Shown in pieces: positions 7,615 through 13,816 of a DNA stretch of 13,816 bases. Each line of letters begins with the position of its first letter. Position 1 is the stretch's first letter. Position numbers and translations under genes: made by a program. The notes under the pieces are model-generated. The model had not been told where the DNA came from. It ran no database searches and saw only the letters and a program-made list of their open reading frames with translations. The DNA comes from Alphaproteobacteria bacterium (lineage in GTDB: Bacteria; Myxococcota_A; UBA796; UBA2385): assembly GCA_040376505.1 (NCBI GenBank), contig JBEIQK010000080.1:1-13816 (forward strand), given 5' to 3'.

Positions 7615-10600
7615 GAAAGAGGGCGGACCGAGCCTGGACGCCGGCGGCAATTACGCCGTCATTCGGGCTCGCTTGGAGCAGAACACCGCCGAGCTGCGGA
7701 CGCGGGCCGAGGCTGTCAACCAGCGTCGCCGCGCCCTCTTCGGCGGCCAGGAGCTGGCCATCATCGGCAACGAGCGCGTGCGCACCGAGCACAACTGCGC
7801 GCCGCGCAACCTCGTACAGGTGAACGGTCGGCTCCTGTTCGGCTACAATGTCCAGTTCGCCCTCAAGAAGCAGGTGGCGGTGAGCGATGTCTTTTCGCTC
7901 CACGCCTGCGCGGAGACCGAAGGGGGCCTCGATCTCTCGGCCTTGCCGGCCAGCGAGATCGGCGGCCTCCTCGATGATCCGCGCTTTGTGAATGAGTTCC
8001 AGGAGCTGTACCAGTATTACGTCGACGCCCGCCTCGTGGTGGTGCGCCACGTCGGCAGCAAGCTCCTGGCCGTCTTTCGAACCGGCAAGGGCGACAATGA
8101 CATCCGCGTCTTTCGCTGGAGCCTCTCGCCGGGCAGCCCCCCGGTCTACATCGACAACCGCGGCGAGAAAGACCACACCCGCCCCGCCCAGCAGGACTTC
8201 GCCTGGACCGAGGCCAGCCGCGACGACCACATCCTCGGCCGCCACCCGCACATCAACATCCTCGACACGGTCTTTGTCGAGACGATCGGCGGCGATCTGA
8301 CCATCAAGATCGAGGACAACACCAACACCGGCCAGGGCATCTACGCCGAGCCGGTGGACGACCGCACCCAGTCCCTCGACGACGCCAACGTGGCCTACGC
8401 CAAGGTGGGCGGGCTCATCCTGCTCAAGATCCGGCCCTTTGGCGAGGCCAACTTCCGCTACCTGGTCTACAACACCCGCAGCAAGTCGGTCACCCGCATC
8501 GACGCCATCGGCCGGGCCTGCCTGCAGCTCCCCGAAGAGCACGGCATCATCTTTCCGGGCGGGTACTATCTACAAAACGGCGCCGTCAAGCTCTTTGACG
8601 GCGACACCACCGGCCTGCGCTTCAAGCGCGTCGTCAAGAGCCCCAATGGCGAGGATGTTCTGTACATCTTCGATCGGGAGGAGGCCGGCACCTATGTGCT
8701 GCTGCCCTACAACCTGATCCGCCAGGAGGTGTCGAACCCCATCGCCGCCGCCGGCTACACCTTCTTCGACGACGGCCGGATGCTGCTCCTCAAGTCGGAG
8801 GGCGACGAGCCGGTGCGGGTTCACCCGATCCAGATCTGGCGCACCCCCTTCTGTTCAGAGACCTGGGCCGCCGCCCACAGCAAGGGCGACGGCAGCTACC
8901 TCGCCCGGGTGGGCAATGGCGACCTCGTGCGCGGCCTCTCCGAGCTGCTGGCCCTCGGGCGGGCGGTGGAGAACCTGAGCCCCAGCCGCCTCGTGTACGA
9001 AGACCTGATCAAGGCCGCCACCCGGGCGCTTGACAACCTGCACTGGCTCGGCCACGCCGAGGCCGGCGGCCTGCGCGACACGGTCGACACGATCCGCAAG
9101 AACGCCGAGCTGATCATCGACGAATTCGAGAAGCTGGTCGCGATGCAGCAGAGCGCGCGCAATCAGCTCGCCCGCGCCACCGAATCCTGGGCCGAGCAGC
9201 GCCGCGGCCTGCGCCCCGACGAGCTGGCCAGCGTCTCGGCCTTCATGGGTGCGCTGACCGGCCTGCGCCAGACCCGCGGTCACCTGATCAGCCTGCGCGA
9301 GGTGCGCCACATCGACCTCCCCGCGATCGACACAATGGAGGCCGAGGTCGTCGCCGCCTTTGACAGCGTCTCGGCCGCCGCCGTGGTCTTTCTCAGTCGC
9401 CCCGACTCCCTGGTGCCGCTCCAGGGCGAGCTCGATCAGCTCCTCACCGACATCGAGGCCACCACCAAGGTGGTCGACATCAAGCCCAAGGCCGCCCGCC
9501 TCGCCGAGGTGGCCACCGGCGTGACCCTGCTCATCGAGGTGGTGAGCGGGCTGCAGGTCGAAGACCCCACCGTGCGCACCGCCATCCTGGAGCGCATCTC
9601 CGACGTGATGGGGCATAACAACCGGGTGCGCGCCGTGCTGGAGGCCCGCGGCAAGGAGCTCCGGGGCAAGGAGGCCCGGGCCGAGTTCGGCGCCCAGTGG
9701 AAGCTGCTCGGTCAGTCCACCGCCAACGCCATCGCCAGCGCCGACACGCCTGAGGCCTGCGATGAACAGTTGGGCCGGGTGCAGGTCGCCCTGGAGGAGC
9801 TCGACGCCCGCTTTGGCGAGTTCGATGACTACCGCACCCAGCTCATCGACAAGCGCGAGGAGGTGCTCGAAGCCTTCTCCGCCCGCCGCCAGGCCCTGGT
9901 CGACGAGCGCAACCGCAAGGTGATGGGGCTCTTCTCCGCCGCCGAGCGCATCCTCGAAGGGGTCACCCGCCGCGCTTCGACCTTCAAGGACGACGACGCG
10001 CTCAACGCCTGGTTCTCCTCCGACCCGATGATCAGCCGCCTGCGCGGGCTGGGCGAGCAGCTCGCCACGCTGGGCGACAACGTGAAGAGCGAAGAGCTGC
10101 AGAGCCGGCTCAAGGCCGCCCGTCAGTCGGCCCAGCGCCTGCTGCGCGACAAGACCGATCTGTTCACCGACGGCAGCGACCTCATCTCGCTCGGCAACCA
10201 CCGCTTCAGCGTCAACCGCACCGCCGTGGAGCTGGTGGTGGTGCCCCGCGGTGAGGGCATGGCCCTGCACTTGAACGGCACCGACTTCTTCGAAGCCGTG
10301 AGCGACGCCGACTTTGTGCAGACCCGCGACTTCTGGGGCCAGACGATGGCCAGCGAGACCGAGACGGTCTACCGCGCCGAGCACCTCGCCGCCTCGCTGC
10401 TCTTCGCCGCCGAGCGCGGCGAGGGCCCCCACAGCATCGAGTCCCTCTCGGCCCTGCCCGAAGGGGATCTGGCCGCCTTCGTGCGCAGCACCGCCGCCGA
10501 GCGCTATGACGAAGGCTACGAGCGGGGCGTCCACGACGCCGACGCCGCTGCCATCCTGCGCAGCCTGCTCAACCTTCGACAGGCCGCCGGGCTGCTCCGT

Positions 10601-13003
10601 TTTCCCGCCGCCGCCCGCTCGCTCGCAGTGCTCTTCTGGGCCTTCTTTGACGAGCGCGAGCCCCGGGAGGCCTGGCACCGCCAAGCCCGCGCCATCGGCC
10701 GGATGTTGCAGGTGATGCGCGACGAGCGCGGCCTCACCGTGCTCGCCGCCACCCTGGCCGAGCGGATGGGCCGCTACTTCACCGCCGTGCTGCCGAGCCT
10801 CGCCCCCCTGGCCACCCCGCCCACCCTGGCCCTGGCCGGCCGCTACCTCGTCTTTGAGCTGATGGCCGAGCGGCCGCGCTTCCTCGTCTCCGCCGACGCC
10901 CTGGCCCTGCGCGACGGGCTCTTCGTCGCCCTCGACGGCGCCGGCCTCCGCCTCGCCTTTGAAGAAGACCTGCGGGCCCTGGAAAACAGACCCGACGAGC
11001 GGGTGGCCCTCTGCGACGCCTGGCTCACCGGCTGGCTGACCGACCCGAGCCGGGCGCCCCTGGCCCACGCCCGCCTCGAAGCCCTGACCCTGCTCACCGC
11101 CGCCCGCCGCCTGGAGCGCGAGGGCTCCGTCGCCGCCCTCTCCGCCGAGGTGCCCGGCCTGCTCGGCCAGCACCCGCGGGTGGCCAACCGCACCCTGTCG
11201 CTGCGCCTCGACGAGGCCCTCGACCGCCTCGGCCGCCACCTGAACGAACGGGTGCCCGGCTTCGCCCGCTACCGCGCCGCCCGCAGCGCCCTGCTCAGCC
11301 GCGAGCGCAAGCGCCTGCGCCTCGACGAATTTGTGCCCAAGGTGATGACCACCTTCGTGCGCAACCGGCTCATCTCCGAGGTCTACCTCAAGCTGATCGG
11401 CGACAACCTCGCCAAACAGTTGGGCGCGGCCGGGGCCAACAAGCGCACCGACACCATGGGCATGCTTCTGCTCATCTCGCCGCCCGGCTACGGCAAGACC
11501 ACCCTGATGGAGTATGTCGCCAGCCAGCTCGGCCTCATCTTCATGAAGGTGAACGGTCCCGCCCTGGGCCATGAGGTCACCAGCCTCGACCCCTCGGAGG
11601 CCCCCAACGCCACCGCCCGCCAGGAGGTGGAGAAGATCAACCTCGCCCTGGAGATGGGCAACAACGCGATGTTGTACCTTGACGACATCCAGCACACCCA
11701 CCCCGAGCTGCTGCAGAAATTCATCTCCCTCTGCGACGGCACCCGGCGGATCGAGGGCGTGTGGAAGGGGGTCACCCGCACCTACGACCTGCGCGGAAAG
11801 AAGTTCTGTGTCGTCATGGCCGGCAACCCCTACACCGAGTCCGGCGCCCGCTTTCAGATCCCCGACATGCTGGCCAACCGCGCCGACACCTACAACCTGG
11901 GCGACATCCTGGGCGGCCGCGAGGATCTGTTCGCGCTCTCCTACGTCGAAAACTGCCTCGCCAGCAACGCCACCCTCTCTCCCCTCGCCGCCCGCGACCC
12001 CAAAGACCTGCACCGCCTCGTGGCGCTGGCCCAGGGGGCCGAGGTCGACACCGCCACCCTGTCGCACGCCTATTCGGCCGCCGAGCTGGGCGAGATCGTG
12101 AGCGTGCTGCGCCACCTCTTCGCTGTGCGCAACGTGCTGCTCAAGGTCAACGCCGAGTACATCCGCTCCGCCGCCCAGTCCGACGCCTACCGCACCGAGC
12201 CGCCTTTCAAGCTGCAGGGCAGCTACCGCAACATGGCCAAGATCACCGAGAAGATCGTGGGCGCCCTCACCCCCGCCGAGGTCGAGCGCATCATCACCGA
12301 TCACTATGTCTCCGAGGCCCAAACCCTCACCACCGGCGCCGAGCAGAACCTGCTCAAGCTGGCCGAGCTGCGCGGCATCCAGTCGCCTGAACAAAAGGCT
12401 CGCTGGGAGGAGATCAAGGCCGGCTTCGCCCGGGCCCAGCTGATGGGCGGCAAAGAAGACGATCCAGTCACCCGCGTCACCGGCACCCTGCTGGCCCTCG
12501 GCAAGGAGATGGGCGGCGCCCGCGAGGCGATGACCAGCCAGCTCGCCGGCCTGCGCGAGGCCCTGCGCAGCCAGGGCGGCGTGGAAGACCAGCTCTCCGA
12601 GGTGTCGGGCGAGCTGCGCGCCCTGCGGATGGCCTACACCGCCCCCAAGCTGGCCCCCGAGGCCCCGACCGGGCCGGTCACCCCCGCCGAGCCCGCCTGG
12701 CCCGGCCCGCACCTCGAGGTGGCCGCCGAGGCCGATCTGCTGCTGCGCCACGCTGTGCTCCTCGAAGTACAGCGCGCCCTCGTCGCCCACGGCCGGATGC
12801 AGGCCCGGGCCGCCGAGCCCCTGCGCACCGCCGACCTGATCCTGGGCGCCACGATGCCGATCATGCGCGAGCTGACCGAACAGGTGGGCGAGCTGCTCAC
12901 CGACCGCCTCGCCCCCGCCGAGCGCGACCAGGCCATCGACGAGCTGCGCCGCCGGGTCGCCCGGGCGATCAGCCGGCTCAGCGAGGTCGCGCCGCGGGCT
13001 TGA
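7604..13003 (+). CDS. Giant hypothetical protein (about 1,799 aa) with a single MoxR/AAA_5-class AAA+ ATPase module near residue 1300. The ~1,290-aa N-terminal region and ~320-aa C-terminal region are unassigned.
   Basis: One uninterrupted high-GC3 reading frame of 5.4 kb. Walker A is LLLISPPGYGKTTLMEY (nt ~11471-11512). Walker B is AMLYLDDIQ (~11666-11692). The sensor/arginine-finger block CVVMAGNPYTESGARFQIPDMLANRADTY (~11812-11890) matches the NP...G...lP.AllDRF signature of MoxR/dynein-related AAA_5 ATPases. The likely start is the ATG at 7604 (MSAEKEGG...), which overlaps the last 11 nt of the flotillin gene. The track's GTG at 7592 is an alternative. The N-terminal region is predicted to be beta-rich (e.g. 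FRYLVYNTRSKSVTRIDAIGRACLQLPEEHGIIFPGGYYLQNG) and the central region alpha-helical. Confidence 0.8.
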   Translation: MSAEKEGGPSLDAGGNYAVIRARLEQNTAELRTRAEAVNQRRRALFGGQELAIIGNERVRTEHNCAPRNLVQVNGRLLFGYNVQFALKKQVAVSDVFSLHACAETEGGLDLSALPASEIGGLLDDPRFVNEFQELYQYYVDARLVVVRHVGSKLLAVFRTGKGDNDIRVFRWSLSPGSPPVYIDNRGEKDHTRPAQQDFAWTEASRDDHILGRHPHINILDTVFVETIGGDLTIKIEDNTNTGQGIYAEPVDDRTQSLDDANVAYAKVGGLILLKIRPFGEANFRYLVYNTRSKSVTRIDAIGRACLQLPEEHGIIFPGGYYLQNGAVKLFDGDTTGLRFKRVVKSPNGEDVLYIFDREEAGTYVLLPYNLIRQEVSNPIAAAGYTFFDDGRMLLLKSEGDEPVRVHPIQIWRTPFCSETWAAAHSKGDGSYLARVGNGDLVRGLSELLALGRAVENLSPSRLVYEDLIKAATRALDNLHWLGHAEAGGLRDTVDTIRKNAELIIDEFEKLVAMQQSARNQLARATESWAEQRRGLRPDELASVSAFMGALTGLRQTRGHLISLREVRHIDLPAIDTMEAEVVAAFDSVSAAAVVFLSRPDSLVPLQGELDQLLTDIEATTKVVDIKPKAARLAEVATGVTLLIEVVSGLQVEDPTVRTAILERISDVMGHNNRVRAVLEARGKELRGKEARAEFGAQWKLLGQSTANAIASADTPEACDEQLGRVQVALEELDARFGEFDDYRTQLIDKREEVLEAFSARRQALVDERNRKVMGLFSAAERILEGVTRRASTFKDDDALNAWFSSDPMISRLRGLGEQLATLGDNVKSEELQSRLKAARQSAQRLLRDKTDLFTDGSDLISLGNHRFSVNRTAVELVVVPRGEGMALHLNGTDFFEAVSDADFVQTRDFWGQTMASETETVYRAEHLAASLLFAAERGEGPHSIESLSALPEGDLAAFVRSTAAERYDEGYERGVHDADAAAILRSLLNLRQAAGLLRFPAAARSLAVLFWAFFDEREPREAWHRQARAIGRMLQVMRDERGLTVLAATLAERMGRYFTAVLPSLAPLATPPTLALAGRYLVFELMAERPRFLVSADALALRDGLFVALDGAGLRLAFEEDLRALENRPDERVALCDAWLTGWLTDPSRAPLAHARLEALTLLTAARRLEREGSVAALSAEVPGLLGQHPRVANRTLSLRLDEALDRLGRHLNERVPGFARYRAARSALLSRERKRLRLDEFVPKVMTTFVRNRLISEVYLKLIGDNLAKQLGAAGANKRTDTMGMLLLISPPGYGKTTLMEYVASQLGLIFMKVNGPALGHEVTSLDPSEAPNATARQEVEKINLALEMGNNAMLYLDDIQHTHPELLQKFISLCDGTRRIEGVWKGVTRTYDLRGKKFCVVMAGNPYTESGARFQIPDMLANRADTYNLGDILGGREDLFALSYVENCLASNATLSPLAARDPKDLHRLVALAQGAEVDTATLSHAYSAAELGEIVSVLRHLFAVRNVLLKVNAEYIRSAAQSDAYRTEPPFKLQGSYRNMAKITEKIVGALTPAEVERIITDHYVSEAQTLTTGAEQNLLKLAELRGIQSPEQKARWEEIKAGFARAQLMGGKEDDPVTRVTGTLLALGKEMGGAREAMTSQLAGLREALRSQGGVEDQLSEVSGELRALRMAYTAPKLAPEAPTGPVTPAEPAWPGPHLEVAAEADLLLRHAVLLEVQRALVAHGRMQARAAEPLRTADLILGATMPIMRELTEQVGELLTDRLAPAERDQAIDELRRRVARAISRLSEVAPRA
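11450..11900 (+). other. AAA+ (MoxR/AAA_5-like) ATPase module within the giant protein
   Basis: Walker A GYGKTT, Walker B hhhhDD (LYLDDIQ), and the NPYTESG...IPDMLANRAD sensor-2-like motif, all read from the translation. Confidence 0.7.
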
Positions 13004-13061
13004 CGAATCTGTTGCACAGTCGCCCCGCCCTCGGGCAACCTTGAGCGTGATCGAGGTGCCC

Positions 13062-13352
13062 ATGGCCGTTCCCCGCCCGCCCATCGCCGCCGACGCCCTC
13101 TGTGGCGGACCCCTCCGCCAGGTCCCCCACCAGCTCCCCGAGGCCCCCGACCTCGCCGACAAGCCGCTGCTGGCCCTCCTCGCCGAGCGTCACACGCTGC
13201 ATGCCGCCCGCCACGCCCCCCTCTCGGCCGCCGCCCGGGCCCGCCACACCCTGCGCACCGAGCAGCTCGACGACGAGCTGGCCCTGCGCAGCCTCTTCGA
13301 AGAGGCCGACCCGCGGCGCCTCGGCGCGCCCCTCGCCGGCCCCCAGGCCTGA
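13062..13352 (+). CDS. Small hypothetical protein (~96 aa), Pro/Ala/Leu-rich
   Basis: In-frame ATG at 13062 within track ORF 13041-13352. GC3 is very high (nearly every codon ends in G or C), as in the certain genes here. I recognise no motif. The overlapping alternative frame 13102-13401 reads as P/S/T/R-rich nonsense and was rejected. Confidence 0.35.
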   Translation: MAVPRPPIAADALCGGPLRQVPHQLPEAPDLADKPLLALLAERHTLHAARHAPLSAAARARHTLRTEQLDDELALRSLFEEADPRRLGAPLAGPQA

Positions 13353-13384
13353 GCGCCCCCCTCCCCGCGCCCGGGCCGAGGCCG

Positions 13385-13816
13385 ATGTCCAGCGCCCTTG
13401 ACCACCGCCTGCGCAGCCCGCGCGCCGCCGACCGCCTCGCCGCCCTGATGGCGATCGGCGCCGAGGGCCGCTTTGAGCTCGCCGAGGCCGTGCGCGCCCT
13501 CCTCGACGACGAGGCCCCCTACGTCTTCCTGCACCAAGGCGCCGAGACCCGCATCGCCGAGCTGCGCCTCGCCGCCCTCACCACCCTCCAGCAGCTCCAC
13601 CGGGCCGCCGAGCTGCCCCTCTCCACGCGCCCCATCGCCGTGCGCAGCGCCACCCCCACCGACGTGGTGCTCGGCCTCGGCGACCTCTGGCTGCGCCGAA
13701 TGGAGCCCGCCGCCGCCCGCGCCGCCCGCGCCGCCGCCGACGACTTCCTCGACGAGCGGGTGCGCCCCGACGCCGAAGAGCGAGCGGTGCTGCGGGCCTG
13801 GCGGGTGCTGGCCCAG
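13385..13816 (+). CDS. 5' part of a hypothetical protein with HEAT/PBS-lyase-like alpha-helical repeats (partial; continues beyond the window)
   Basis: ATG at 13385 with the frame open to the window edge, so it is absent from the track. The translation is MSSALDHRLRSPRAADRLAALMAIGAEGRFELAEAVRALLDDEAPYVFLHQGAETRIAELRLAALTTLQQL... It shows the D..VR..A..AL..IG pattern typical of HEAT-like repeats and high GC3. Confidence 0.4.
   Translation, partial: MSSALDHRLRSPRAADRLAALMAIGAEGRFELAEAVRALLDDEAPYVFLHQGAETRIAELRLAALTTLQQLHRAAELPLSTRPIAVRSATPTDVVLGLGDLWLRRMEPAAARAARAAADDFLDERVRPDAEERAVLRAWRVLAQ

Noticed and set aside
10160-10200. TDGSD motif (…DLFTDGSDLISLG…) in the giant protein as a possible VWA/MIDAS element partnering the MoxR-type ATPase
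   Set aside because: A VWA domain needs the upstream DxSxS motif and a characteristic alpha/beta spacing, and I could not find these. The isolated TDG tripeptide is not sufficient.
8855-13162. 1,435-aa ORF on the minus strand, plus similar long minus-strand ORFs at 2962-4695, 5362-7650, 1892-2782 and 7505-8542
   Set aside because: They are antisense to strongly supported + strand genes (flotillin, aer, the giant AAA+ gene). Their translations are Gly/Ala/Arg/Asp-rich low-complexity sequence with no motifs. Long stop-free antisense frames are expected at about 70% GC. The + strand frames carry the codon bias and the recognisable domains.
13102-13401. 99-aa ORF in an alternative frame (MADPSARSPTSSPRPPTSPTSRCWPSS...)
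   Set aside because: Pro/Ser/Thr/Arg-rich low-complexity translation, typical of an off-frame read through GC-rich coding sequence. It overlaps the better-supported frames 13062-13352 and 13385 onward.
1-13816. Search for mobile elements, integrases, tRNA/rRNA genes and CRISPR repeats
   Set aside because: I found no terminal inverted repeats flanking a transposase-like ORF, no tRNA-like cloverleaf candidates and no regularly spaced direct repeats. GC content and codon usage are uniform across the window, so nothing suggests recent horizontal acquisition.

Overview
The window is a very GC-rich (about 70%) chromosomal segment, probably from a myxobacterial or deltaproteobacterial-type genome, with every credible gene on the + strand. 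In order it holds: the 3' end of a membrane-protein gene (2-154); a 744-aa exported protein with a C-terminal multi-helix membrane anchor (151-2382), joined to the upstream gene by an ATGA stop/start overlap; a GreB-type transcript-cleavage factor (2432-2905); an Aer-like PAS-FAD / methyl-accepting chemotaxis transducer (3088-4605); and a tightly packed block of NfeD/YqiJ-like membrane protein (4655-5446), a 723-aa flotillin/SPFH protein (5443-7614) and a giant 1,799-aa protein (7604-13003). The giant protein has one MoxR/AAA_5-type ATPase module near residue 1300 and about 1,290 N-terminal residues I cannot place. A small ORF (13062-13352) and the 5' part of a HEAT-like repeat protein (13385 to window end) follow. 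The NfeD-flotillin-giant AAA+ block uses overlapping stop/start codons at both junctions and is the most interesting candidate for an undescribed membrane-associated system. I found no tRNA, rRNA, CRISPR array, IS element or integrase. The many long minus-strand ORFs are GC-driven antisense artefacts.
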